Source: a virus. Taken from it: a stretch of DNA of 64,000 nucleotides. Position 1 is the stretch's first letter; each line of letters starts with the position of its first letter. Location: the IMG/VR virus record IMGVR_UViG_3300025012_000045, positions 1 through 64,000 of that record. One strand, 5' to 3'. Positions 49,808-59,691 of the stretch are shown piece after piece. The position numbers and the translations under genes were made by a program. The notes under the pieces were generated by a model that saw only the letters and a list, made by a program, of their open reading frames with translations, was not told where the DNA came from and did not search any database.

Positions 49808-50209
49808 ATGAAAGGAGTAAAAATTATGAAAAAACTGTTTAAAATATTTCTTGGTATTGTAATGTTTATGTTTGTTACAATACAAGTGAAAGGACAAGAT
49901 TCAATAGTTGATAATAAATCAATTTCTAATCTTAATGGGGTAATTACTTCATTAAAAGAGTTAAACGATAATAATTTAGTAAATATTATTAATACTTTAG
50001 AAAAATTATCTACTGAAACATTGGGAGTTTGTCAATTTCAAGAATTATCTTCAAGGGAAAAGGAAGAAGTTGTTTTTGTTATAGATAATGTTAATTTTAC
50101 TTTGAGTAAAATTAATTATGGTTCCTATGATAGTGTTATTGTAAATTTGGAAGAAATATTAAAAGAATATAGCTCATATGGAAATTTGAAAAACAGTATT
50201 GTAAAATAA
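49808..50209 (+). CDS. secreted or membrane hypothetical protein
   Basis: Signal peptide-like N-terminus. Confidence 0.6.
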   Translation: MKGVKIMKKLFKIFLGIVMFMFVTIQVKGQDSIVDNKSISNLNGVITSLKELNDNNLVNIINTLEKLSTETLGVCQFQELSSREKEEVVFVIDNVNFTLSKINYGSYDSVIVNLEEILKEYSSYGNLKNSIVK

Positions 50210-50238
50210 AGTATTGCGTCTCAGGGGTGAATGTTATC

Positions 50239-50271
50239 AAGGTTAGATATTAATTTATCTAACCTTTTTTT
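50239..50271 (+). terminator. rho-independent terminator
   Basis: aaggttagata-ttaatt-tatctaacctt followed by T-run. Confidence 0.8.
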
Positions 50272-50354
50272 ATGCGTTTTTTTGGGAAATAATTGGGTTT
50301 TTTTGATTTAATAGATATTTATAATATGAAAAATAATACATCAGTTAATTACTG

Positions 50355-51674
50355 ACATATTCTTTTAATTAAGAATACATATTATTAATAATGAAACTTG
50401 TAGAACGACATATTAGATTAAATGATAAAGCAATAAAAGATATTTGTTTTAAATCAGCTCGTCTTTATAATTTCTGCAATTATTATAAACGACAGGCATA
50501 TTTTGGTAAAATAAGTAAATTCGGGGAATATGAATTATCAAAATTACTTGGTGAATTTAATCAGGAAGATTATAGAAATTTACCAGCACAAACATCACAA
50601 CAAATAATAAAATTACTTTTTAAAAACTGGAAATCATATTTTAAAGCATTAAAAGAATATAAGAAGTATCCAAGTAAATTTAAAGGAAAACCCAAGCCAC
50701 CAAAATATAAAAAGAAAGATGGATATTTTATTTGTATTTTTACCAATCAGCAAATAAAATTAAAAGATAAGAATATTCATTTTCCAAAACAAACAAATAT
50801 TAAACCATTAAAAACTAAAGTAAATAATATACAACAAGTTAGGATAATTCCACAAGCAACTTGTTTTATAATAGAAATAATTTATAATAAAAAGGAGGTA
50901 AAACATGAAAACATAAAAGAAGAAAATATTTTAAGCATTGATCTGGGAGTAAATAATCTTATCACAGCAATAGATAATGTCGGTAATTACCCTTTCATTA
51001 TTAACGGTAAAGGATTAAAATCTATAAATCAATATTTTAATAAAAAGAAAGCTAAGCTAATGAGTTATGTTGGAGACAAAGGTACTTCAAACAAAATAAA
51101 AAAATTGACATTTGACAGAAATAATAAGATTGAAAATGCCCTACACCAGGTGAGCAGTTTTATACTTAAATACTGTTTAAAGAATAATATTGGGACAGTT
51201 ATTATTGGCAAAAATGAACAATGGAAACAGAAAATAAATATTGGAACAAAAAACAATCAGAATTTTGTTTTTATTCCCCATTCTAAACTTATTAATAAAA
51301 TAAAATATAAGTTGGAACTAAATAATATTAAACTTATTGAGCAGGAAGAAAGTTATACAAGCAAATGCGATAATCTAGTATTAGAACCAATACAAAAACA
51401 AAAAGTATATCTTGGCAAAAGAATAAAACGAGGCTTGTTTTTAAGCAGCATAGGTAAGGTAATAAATGCAGATGTTAATGGTGCAATTGGAATAATGTTA
51501 AAATCAAAAGTAATTCCTGAGTGTGAAAGATTTATTCAGAACATAAGGAATACGGGGTTGGGGTTTAATCCATATAGAATTAATTCTATAAAATCATTTG
51601 AACTCAAATGTAATGTTTGATGTAAAAATGAATAACCTCTAACATGTTCTTTTTAATTAAAGAACACATATTAT
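50355..51674 (+). mobile_element. non-autonomous IS200/IS605 (IS1341-type) element
   Basis: tnpB only, bracketed by homologous hairpins at 50355-50385 and 51642-51674. Confidence 0.65.
50391..51620 (+). CDS. tnpB: TnpB RNA-guided endonuclease
   Basis: LYN..Y, PKPPKYK, SIDLGVNNL, EESYTSK, INADVNGA. Confidence 0.92.
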   Translation: MKLVERHIRLNDKAIKDICFKSARLYNFCNYYKRQAYFGKISKFGEYELSKLLGEFNQEDYRNLPAQTSQQIIKLLFKNWKSYFKALKEYKKYPSKFKGKPKPPKYKKKDGYFICIFTNQQIKLKDKNIHFPKQTNIKPLKTKVNNIQQVRIIPQATCFIIEIIYNKKEVKHENIKEENILSIDLGVNNLITAIDNVGNYPFIINGKGLKSINQYFNKKKAKLMSYVGDKGTSNKIKKLTFDRNNKIENALHQVSSFILKYCLKNNIGTVIIGKNEQWKQKINIGTKNNQNFVFIPHSKLINKIKYKLELNNIKLIEQEESYTSKCDNLVLEPIQKQKVYLGKRIKRGLFLSSIGKVINADVNGAIGIMLKSKVIPECERFIQNIRNTGLGFNPYRINSIKSFELKCNV

Positions 51675-51682
51675 AAATATAA

Positions 51683-52423
51683 ATGGGTTATATAACTAAA
51701 ATAGATGCGGTCCGCCAACTTAAACAATTTTCCGGTACAACAATAGTTTTAAGTGGTTCCACTAATATTAAAGAAAATTTAACTGTTATTGGGAATTTCT
51801 CAGGTGGGACAATCTCTGGTGGGACATTATTTTCTGGATCATCAGATATAGATACATTATTTATTCATAAAGGAGTTTATGAGGATTTTTATATTGATGC
51901 TATTGGGTTTACTGAATTACAAAATAGTGGAGCAACCCAGAATTCTGAAGAATATACAGGAACATCATTAAATACAGATAATTTGATTTCTGATTATTTT
52001 TCATTTACAGCCCAAACTAGGGACGAAGCAATACAGGCGAGATTAAAATTTCCAGATATCTGGGATTTGGGAACAATAAAAGCTAAAATATATTGGGATA
52101 CGGATGTTGGTTCAAGAGTAGGCGATGGAGTTACATGGGGAGTTAAGGGTGGGTCATTATCAAATAGTGATGTTTTAAGTGGAGAAACAATATATGGTAC
52201 TGAAGTTAATGTTTCTGATACAATAATTAATCCAAAAACTTTACATATTTCATCTGCTAGTACAACAATAGCAATAGGGGGGAATCCCATACTGAATGAT
52301 CTTATTTATTTACAGGTAAGCAGAAAAGTAAATGATGGAAATGATATATCAACAAAAAGTGCAAAATTTCTGGGAATGTCTATACAATATAAACAAAAAT
52401 TAACAGGAACAACTCAGTGGTAA
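51683..52423 (+). CDS. putative tail fibre or structural protein
   Basis: Gly/Ser/Thr-rich beta protein. Confidence 0.55.
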   Translation: MGYITKIDAVRQLKQFSGTTIVLSGSTNIKENLTVIGNFSGGTISGGTLFSGSSDIDTLFIHKGVYEDFYIDAIGFTELQNSGATQNSEEYTGTSLNTDNLISDYFSFTAQTRDEAIQARLKFPDIWDLGTIKAKIYWDTDVGSRVGDGVTWGVKGGSLSNSDVLSGETIYGTEVNVSDTIINPKTLHISSASTTIAIGGNPILNDLIYLQVSRKVNDGNDISTKSAKFLGMSIQYKQKLTGTTQW

Positions 52424-52448
52424 AAAAAAATATAAATTAACTTAAATT

Positions 52449-53225
52449 ATGGCATTTACGGTAGCAAAAGGAAAATCATTTAGCTTTAGATATAAAAACA
52501 ATTACTCTTATTTATTTGATGGGGTTAATGAACGGATAAATATTAATTCTGTTAGAACTGCTCTAGCGGCAACAACTGTAGGAACTTGGAGTTGTTGGGT
52601 TAAACTTGTTGATGCAACACCTGCGGACTTTAGTGTATTTATTTCATTTGCAAATGGGGATACAACAGATATGATACAAATTTTAATTAATATTACTACT
52701 GGACTATTAAGAGTAATGGGTGTTAATAACGGAATAATTTTGTGGGATTTAAATACGGATGTTGCTCCATTTTCTGATAATGTTTGGGCGCACGTTGCAA
52801 TAGTTCAAAATGGGGTTTCGCCCGTATTATATGTTAATGGGGTTGCCCCGGCTCAAACATTTAGTGTTACAACTGATAAAACAATATGGTTTAATAATTT
52901 GGTTTTAAATAATGGAAGAATCGGGGCCAGGTTTTGGGCTGCTGCGGCAGGCGATGGACAATATCCTTTTAACGGAAATATTGATGAGGTAGGATTTTGG
53001 AACACAAATTTAACCTCAACACAGATAAGTGAGATATACAATAATGGAAAACCAAAAAATTTATTAAAACATTCAGCAAACCAAAATTTGGTTTCTTATT
53101 TCGGAATGGGAGATAAAGATACATTTGACGGAACAAATTGGACCTTAATAGATAAAAAAGGAACAAATAATGGGACAAGTGTAAATATGGAAGAAAGTGA
53201 CCGTAAGCAAGACGTACCTGGTTAA
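52449..53225 (+). CDS. LamG / concanavalin A-like domain protein
   Basis: FDGVNE, SCWVK, WAHVAIV, LYVNG, FNGNIDEVGFWN. Confidence 0.85.
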   Translation: MAFTVAKGKSFSFRYKNNYSYLFDGVNERININSVRTALAATTVGTWSCWVKLVDATPADFSVFISFANGDTTDMIQILINITTGLLRVMGVNNGIILWDLNTDVAPFSDNVWAHVAIVQNGVSPVLYVNGVAPAQTFSVTTDKTIWFNNLVLNNGRIGARFWAAAAGDGQYPFNGNIDEVGFWNTNLTSTQISEIYNNGKPKNLLKHSANQNLVSYFGMGDKDTFDGTNWTLIDKKGTNNGTSVNMEESDRKQDVPG

Positions 53226-53283
53226 AAATAATAATTTAATAAATAAGTTTTTTAGTTAATATTTATATAAAAAAATAATATAA

Positions 53284-54579
53284 ATGAATAGTAAATTAGA
53301 TTTTGAAGAATACTTTGATATTGAACTGGCAAATTCAGATGATTATGATAAAAATATTATTAATCGTACAACTCATATTGAAGATGATTTGGCAATATAT
53401 TTTGATACAAATGATTCAAGGTGCTTCTCAGGTTTTAATAGTAATAATTTAACAACTCTTCTTTCTTTAAGTGCCTGGACTGGTGCCAATATTACAAATA
53501 ATTTTACTCTTTATGATGTAGGATTAACAGGTATTGATAATGGTAGATTTAAATCATTAACAGGAGAAACTTTAAATATTAATACAGTAGATACAAAAAT
53601 TCAATTATTTCAAATTACAGGGAAAACAGGTTCCACATCTTATAATATAACATCAGCAACAACAAACGGATATATATATATATCACTTTCAGGGGGTGGA
53701 GGTTTTCAAGGATTTTATAAATTAGCAGGATATGACCAGTATAATATTTTCCCAAATAGAACAGAACTTGGATGGTATGTAGAACAATGGATAAAATATT
53801 CTGGTGTTTCAAATAATACAAATTCTAATTTCTTTTTTTATATGGGAGCAAAACAAGAGAATAAATTTTGGAATATTTTCAGTGGCGAGACGGGCCTCAC
53901 CACAACTTCTGGAATTTCTATAAGTCCTTCTGTAAGCGCCAATACAGATCTGGATTTAAATGGAAATTGTATTGGATTTAGGTTTTCTGGTTCATCTTTA
54001 GGTGTCCGTTGGCTAAGCGGTACAACCGATTGTAATAATAATATAACAGGAATCACAATGCAAGAATCATATTCAAAACATGGCATATTTGATAATTTTT
54101 CTGGAAATTCCGATTCAACAGATTGGATAAATATTGGAATAAGATTTAGAAGATATAATTTAATTGATGATTGTGCAATAAAAAGTGGAACAACCGCATA
54201 TAAAGGAGATTTAACATTTTATTTAAATGCCAGGCCAATATATGAAGTTAAAAATTTTGAAGAACCAATATTTAAATCATTAAACACACATAAAACAAAA
54301 CAGCAGGGTGTCCCATTTAATTTATCATGGGGTTTTGGAAGTATTGGTTTAAAGGAATCTCAAACTTTTTCTGGTCCAGATAATTCTGATTCTGGTTTAA
54401 CAATATCAAATAATTTTGATGGAAATTTAACTGGCGGATTAAGTCAATTAAGATTTTATGTGAAACCCTTATCATTAGATAAAATCATTCATAATTTTGA
54501 GTTAGAAAAATCAAGATATAATCGTAATGAGAATTTCGGGTCAAGAGTTGTGAGAATAAATCGGGGGATATCCACATAA
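53284..54579 (+). CDS. LamG-like structural protein
   Basis: EQWIK, GGLSQLRFYVKPLS..IIHNF. Confidence 0.6.
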   Translation: MNSKLDFEEYFDIELANSDDYDKNIINRTTHIEDDLAIYFDTNDSRCFSGFNSNNLTTLLSLSAWTGANITNNFTLYDVGLTGIDNGRFKSLTGETLNINTVDTKIQLFQITGKTGSTSYNITSATTNGYIYISLSGGGGFQGFYKLAGYDQYNIFPNRTELGWYVEQWIKYSGVSNNTNSNFFFYMGAKQENKFWNIFSGETGLTTTSGISISPSVSANTDLDLNGNCIGFRFSGSSLGVRWLSGTTDCNNNITGITMQESYSKHGIFDNFSGNSDSTDWINIGIRFRRYNLIDDCAIKSGTTAYKGDLTFYLNARPIYEVKNFEEPIFKSLNTHKTKQQGVPFNLSWGFGSIGLKESQTFSGPDNSDSGLTISNNFDGNLTGGLSQLRFYVKPLSLDKIIHNFELEKSRYNRNENFGSRVVRINRGIST

Positions 54580-55281
54580 ATGGAAAATTTGAAAGAACAA
54601 ATATCCAGAATGAAAGAATTGATTAATTATAATATTAATTATGGATATATAAATGAAGAAATGCAGATTTCTGATGATTTTAATGAAGAAAATTTTATTT
54701 TAGAAAAAGAAAATAGAAGAGTTTATATAGATGTTGGAATTGATATACAAAATGAAAAAGAACATAAATCGTACTTAATTGTACTTTTTACTAATAAGCA
54801 AGGGTTTGAAGAACTAATGTTTTATTTCATGGTTTTAGATAAGAATGATCGAGCAGTTCCTGGATTAGAAACTATTTATGATAGAAAAATAGCAAATAAA
54901 TATATTCCAGATGAATTAAAGGGAACTGGAAAACTTAAAGATAAAATAATAAAAATGACACAAAAATTATTAAATATGGAAAATCCAGCAAGATTTATTG
55001 TTCAAACATATGAGGATTATAAAGATGAAAAACAATTAGATTGGCATCAGCCAATAATTGATTTATTATTAAAAAATGGATATATGCTAAAAAATAAAGG
55101 ATTAACTTATGATAAAAAAAATTACTACTGGGAATTTGTTCAAGCAACTAAAGAAACATTACCAGAAGGATATGAGCCAATTAAATGGAAACCAAGAGAT
55201 AAAGAATTTTATGATAATATTCGTGGGATATCGGAATCTATTGCCAAAAATATAAGAGAAAGAAATAAAAAAATTATTTAA
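54580..55281 (+). CDS. putative head-packaged protein, paralog of 8166-8816
   Basis: MENLKEQISRMKELINY leader. Confidence 0.7.
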   Translation: MENLKEQISRMKELINYNINYGYINEEMQISDDFNEENFILEKENRRVYIDVGIDIQNEKEHKSYLIVLFTNKQGFEELMFYFMVLDKNDRAVPGLETIYDRKIANKYIPDELKGTGKLKDKIIKMTQKLLNMENPARFIVQTYEDYKDEKQLDWHQPIIDLLLKNGYMLKNKGLTYDKKNYYWEFVQATKETLPEGYEPIKWKPRDKEFYDNIRGISESIAKNIRERNKKII

Positions 55282-55290
55282 CAATAAAAA

Positions 55291-55581
55291 ATGAAAATAA
55301 GATTAACCGAAAGTCAATTAAGACAATTAATAGAGAATATTATTAAAGAGGAGGATAAAGAATTTTCAACTAAATTACTAAGTATTGATCCAATAACTGG
55401 TGAAAGGTCTTGGGATGTAAAATATAAAACAAATTTAAATACTATATATAAAGATATTGATGATATTGTAAATAAAATAGAAAAATTGGTTGTTAAAAAT
55501 AGAAATGATTTGGAAGCAAAAGAATTATTGAAAATATCCAAATTATTGAGAAATAAATTTTCAAGGTATATATTAAAATAA
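55291..55581 (+). CDS. hypothetical protein with ITESQ leader
   Basis: MKIRLTESQLRQLIENIIKEE. Confidence 0.7.
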   Translation: MKIRLTESQLRQLIENIIKEEDKEFSTKLLSIDPITGERSWDVKYKTNLNTIYKDIDDIVNKIEKLVVKNRNDLEAKELLKISKLLRNKFSRYILK

Positions 55582-55586
55582 AAATT

Positions 55587-55982
55587 ATGCTATTTACAAT
55601 TAGAAAAAACAGTACATTACCAATACTTAGAATGAAAATAATTGAAGATTCCAATGTTGATTATAATAAATTTATGACTATGTTAGAAAATAGTGCTATC
55701 ACTTTTTCAATGAGAGATAAATTAACAGGAATTTATAAAATAGCCAATAAAAAAGGAAATATTGTTTTAAGGAAAAAAAGAGTTAATAATGCCCAACCAG
55801 ATGAATATTATATTTATTATAAATGGGCAAAAAAAGATGTTGATAAAGCAGGTGTGTTCGAAGGACAGTTCTCAATTGATTTTGTTGGTTCAGAAACCGG
55901 GAATTTGGTTGTACCAATAAATGAAGAATTAATAATTCATGTTTTAGATTCTTTTACTTTAACAACAGTTACATCAGTTTAA
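55587..55982 (+). CDS. BppU-like baseplate-associated protein
   Basis: FTIRKNSTLPIL, YKW..DVDKAGVFEGQF. Confidence 0.6.
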   Translation: MLFTIRKNSTLPILRMKIIEDSNVDYNKFMTMLENSAITFSMRDKLTGIYKIANKKGNIVLRKKRVNNAQPDEYYIYYKWAKKDVDKAGVFEGQFSIDFVGSETGNLVVPINEELIIHVLDSFTLTTVTSV

Positions 55983-56101
55983 AAAAATGAAAAAATAAGT
56001 AATTTTTCTAATATTTAAACTATTTATATAAAAAAATCTTGTCCTAAATATAGTATATGAATGGGACAAATAAATAATTTAATAAAATTAAAAAATATAT
56101 T

Positions 56102-56335
56102 ATGAGTAAAATTGAAGATATAGGTAATGAACAAAGACCTAAGAATACCAGTATTAATAAGGCGAATCAGAATAATGAATATGATTCAAATAATCCTGAT
56201 GCCATTTCAGATGGAGATGAACCAGGAAAAGGGTTAAATAATGGTCAAGCTGGTGGAAAAACCGACATTAAAAGAAGAGAGGAATTAAAGAAAATTAATT
56301 TATTTTCTGGTGCCAATGAGTATCCTCTAGCGTAA
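56102..56335 (+). CDS. small late protein
   Basis: Late motif upstream. Confidence 0.6.
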   Translation: MSKIEDIGNEQRPKNTSINKANQNNEYDSNNPDAISDGDEPGKGLNNGQAGGKTDIKRREELKKINLFSGANEYPLA

Positions 56336-56400
56336 TAATGTAACTTTAGTCAATTATTGAGATAAATTGACGTTTGTTACATTTTATAAATATTTAAAAA

Positions 56401-56802
56401 ATGATGCTATTAGAGGATATATTTAAGGAGATAATTACTGAAACGGTTGCTAGAGATAAAATAAATAGAGCAATTGATGAACGTGATGTTGTAACTATAT
56501 ATTATAATGATCCTTCTGATGAGGTGTTAAATGGATATAGACGATGTGAAATTTGGTGCTATGGGCGTAATCATTACAATAATGATGTTATTAGGGTATG
56601 GATATTACCAAAAAGTGTTTCAAAATCATACCCTCCAGGTAAACCATATGACCCGCTCACATTTAAACCTGGCTGGCGAATGATGAGGACTGACAGGATC
56701 AATAGTATTAGGCGCATAGGGTTGAAGATAAAACAACAAAGACCAAAATTTAATGCTCAAGATAAGGACATGCAAGTTGTATATAATTATATGAAAATAT
56801 AA
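56401..56802 (+). CDS. WYL-like domain protein
   Basis: AIDERDVVTIYY, R.CEIWCYG, GWRMMRTDRI. Confidence 0.65.
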   Translation: MMLLEDIFKEIITETVARDKINRAIDERDVVTIYYNDPSDEVLNGYRRCEIWCYGRNHYNNDVIRVWILPKSVSKSYPPGKPYDPLTFKPGWRMMRTDRINSIRRIGLKIKQQRPKFNAQDKDMQVVYNYMKI

Positions 56803-56814
56803 TATTTTTTTATT

Positions 56815-57630
56815 ATGGAAAAAACAAAAATATGTATTAAATGTAATATTGAGAAATCAGTAGAAGAGTTCTATATTGATAAAAAACTTAAAGATGGATA
56901 TCGTAGTTATTGTAAGGTATGTGTAAAAGAAAGTAGTAAAAAATGGAAAGAAAATAATCCTGATAAAGTTAAAGAAATAAGTAAAAAAAGTAGTAAAAAA
57001 TGGAAAGAAAATAATCCTGATAAAGTTAAAGAAAGTAAAAGAAAATATAGAGAAAATAATCCTGATAAAGTTAAAGAAAATAATAAAAAATGGAAAGAAA
57101 ATAATCCTGATAAAGTTAAAGAAATAAGTAAAAAAAGTAGTAAAAAATGGAAAGAAAATAATCCTGAAAAAGTAAAAAAAATTAAAAAGATTTGGTATAA
57201 AAATAATCCTAAAAAAGTAAAAGAAAATCGTAAAAAATGGAAAGAAAATAATCCTGAAAAAGTAAAAGAAATAAATAAAAATTACATTAAAGGAAGAAAG
57301 AAAATTGATATCAACTTTAAAATATTAATAAATTTAAGGAGTAGATTAATACACGCATTAAGGGGAAAACTTAAAGCTGATACTACAAAAAAATTACTGG
57401 GCTGTTCAATTGAAATATTAAAACTACATTTGGAAAATCAATTTGATGATAATATGAACTGGGAAAATTATGGAATATATTGGGAGATTGATCATATTTT
57501 ACCCTGCAGTTCGTTTGTTTTAACGGATGAAATAAATCAAGAAAAATGTTTTAATTGGGCAAACTTGCAACCATTAACCGTTAAAGATAATAGAGAAAAA
57601 AGTGATAAATTAAATTGGAAGAAAATGTAA
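56815..57630 (+). CDS. HNH-type endonuclease with tandem KKWKENNP repeats
   Basis: CIKC..CKVC; WEIDHILP..FNWANLQPL..DNREKS. Confidence 0.85.
   Translation: MEKTKICIKCNIEKSVEEFYIDKKLKDGYRSYCKVCVKESSKKWKENNPDKVKEISKKSSKKWKENNPDKVKESKRKYRENNPDKVKENNKKWKENNPDKVKEISKKSSKKWKENNPEKVKKIKKIWYKNNPKKVKENRKKWKENNPEKVKEINKNYIKGRKKIDINFKILINLRSRLIHALRGKLKADTTKKLLGCSIEILKLHLENQFDDNMNWENYGIYWEIDHILPCSSFVLTDEINQEKCFNWANLQPLTVKDNREKSDKLNWKKM
56926..57270 (+). repeat. coding tandem repeat (aaatggaaagaaaataatcctga.aaagt.aaagaa)
   Basis: Seven near-identical units of 14-18 codons. Confidence 0.85.
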
Positions 57631-57738
57631 AATATAAAAAATATTTAAAAAATGAAGTAGTTGAAGAATATGATAAAACAATAATTAAACAATAATAAAC
57701 TATTTATAAAGACAACAAAAATTAAAAAAAATTAAATT

Positions 57739-58272
57739 ATGGCAACAATACCAGTACCAATAGAACAATTAGCCCAAAGATTAAACATTGAAGCAATAAG
57801 AAAAATAACAGGAAAAGTAGAGAAAAAAGAAGTTAAAGATTTTAAAATAGATAATAAAACACTTTTAGAATCAATAAGGACAAGAAGAAAACCAATGAAT
57901 GCATCAATCACAAAAATGCCAATAGCATTTTATGAAAATATGATGCCATCATTATCAGAAGAAAGAGAGCCACCTCAAGATAAATTTGAAACCATGAGAT
58001 TAATCAATGAAAGATTAAGTAATAAAACCTATCCAACATCAGAACCAATTAATAATTATAATGGAAACGGAAACGGAAAACAACAACAATCTTTACCTAT
58101 TTCAGAAGAAAGAATAAGAGAACTCATCAGAGAAGAAATATATAACGTATTAGAGAAAATAGTAAAAAAGGAAAATGAAAATAGATTAAATGAAGAGACT
58201 ATTCAAATAAGGGTGGGGGAATCGTTATTCAGTGGTAAATTAACACCATTAATTAAATTAAATAAAAAATAA
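57739..58272 (+). CDS. conserved phage hypothetical protein
   Basis: Late motif upstream; ends IQIRVGESLFSGKL. Confidence 0.65.
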   Translation: MATIPVPIEQLAQRLNIEAIRKITGKVEKKEVKDFKIDNKTLLESIRTRRKPMNASITKMPIAFYENMMPSLSEEREPPQDKFETMRLINERLSNKTYPTSEPINNYNGNGNGKQQQSLPISEERIRELIREEIYNVLEKIVKKENENRLNEETIQIRVGESLFSGKLTPLIKLNKK

Positions 58273-58278
58273 ATAATT

Positions 58279-58680
58279 ATGAATATAGAAAATTTAAATC
58301 AAAAAATTGAAGAAGGAATTAAAAAACTGGTCAAAGAGAGGGCTAAATCAAAAAGTCAAAGGAAGTTATTTGCTTTGGCAAAATCAGTAAAATCTGGTGA
58401 AACACTAAGAAGTGAAGTATCAAAAGATGTATTGGATATTGCAGATAAAGTATCTGGAAAAGAAATTGATAAATTTGCAAGTACAAAAGAAAAAGGATTA
58501 CCAGAGAAAGTAAAAAAAGATAAAGTAGAAGAAACAAGTAATGACAATCTTGCACAGGCATATGGTGGAGACAGTAATTCTTGGCCATCTGGAACTGGGG
58601 AATGGAATAATTTAGAAGAAGAAAGTGAAATTCCAACATTAAATCTTGATGATGTTGATTTAACAGAAGATGACAAATAA
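58279..58680 (+). CDS. DUF3008-like protein
   Basis: AKSKSQRKLF..FASTKEKGLPEKV. Confidence 0.7.
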   Translation: MNIENLNQKIEEGIKKLVKERAKSKSQRKLFALAKSVKSGETLRSEVSKDVLDIADKVSGKEIDKFASTKEKGLPEKVKKDKVEETSNDNLAQAYGGDSNSWPSGTGEWNNLEEESEIPTLNLDDVDLTEDDK

Positions 58681-59608
58681 AATTATAAAAATTAAAGAAT
58701 CAGAACTAGTTCAATTATTAGTAGAAAGTTTAGGAGTTAATATTGATGTTGACATATTGTCAAAATTTTTAATAGATTATTTAAAAGATAAAAAATATGA
58801 CCAACATATAATTAATAAGAATCAATTACTTGAACTAAATAAAGTTAATATAAATAAAATTATTATTGATTATAGTGATAAAAATCAGGTAGATTATTTT
58901 GATATTAAAAAATCAAGGAAAACAAATGATGGTGAAGTTCTTTATTTTCATTTTGACGATTTAAATCCTAATTCCATATATCATGAAATAAATCATGCAT
59001 TGCAATTTTTTATTATGGGTAAAGAAAGAAATAAAGAACAATTAACATCAATAAAGGCATCAAGAATATCCAGAATTTTTATTGATAAAAATAATGAAGT
59101 AATTAAAAGATTTTCTGATTTAATATATAAATCTACCGAGCAAGAAATTAATTCAGAGGTATCTGGTTTATATGGTGAACTAATAACACATCTTAGAAAT
59201 AAAGGATGGAAAAAAGGTCAATTTAAAAATGATGAACATTTTAAATTAATATTTGAACAATATGTTAATAATAGTGAAGCATATAATATTGCATTAAATA
59301 TGATTAATTATAATATTTTTGAAGAGTTTGATATTAAAAATTTAATAGGTATTGATGATTATGATAAAAGAGTTTATTTCACTATCATGCAAGATGTGAT
59401 TAAATCAAAACCTTTTTATAGTGGAATATTAGATTTGTTTAGATTATTTAAAGAATTATTGACATATAAATATAATCAAATGTTTAATGTGAATATTTTA
59501 ACAGAAGAACAAGTTAATTCCTTAATGAAAAAATATCAATTATTTATTAATAAACAGGGAGAAAAATTAAAAAGAAAATTATTTAGACTATATTATTTAT
59601 TTTTATAA
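58670..59608 (+). CDS. putative zincin (HExxH) protein, paralog of 30631-31527
   Basis: YHEINHALQ; identical C-terminal QVNSLMKKYQLFINKQGEKLKRKLFRLY. Confidence 0.65.
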   Translation: MTNKIIKIKESELVQLLVESLGVNIDVDILSKFLIDYLKDKKYDQHIINKNQLLELNKVNINKIIIDYSDKNQVDYFDIKKSRKTNDGEVLYFHFDDLNPNSIYHEINHALQFFIMGKERNKEQLTSIKASRISRIFIDKNNEVIKRFSDLIYKSTEQEINSEVSGLYGELITHLRNKGWKKGQFKNDEHFKLIFEQYVNNSEAYNIALNMINYNIFEEFDIKNLIGIDDYDKRVYFTIMQDVIKSKPFYSGILDLFRLFKELLTYKYNQMFNVNILTEEQVNSLMKKYQLFINKQGEKLKRKLFRLYYLFL

Positions 59609-59691
59609 TTTAACTGATATTTATAATAAAATAAATTATGAAAAATAAAAAAATAATAAGATTAACAGAAAGTCAATTAAAATATTAGATA

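Noticed and set aside
56926-57270. CRISPR-like periodicity
   Set aside because: Repeats are in-frame coding units with no unique spacers
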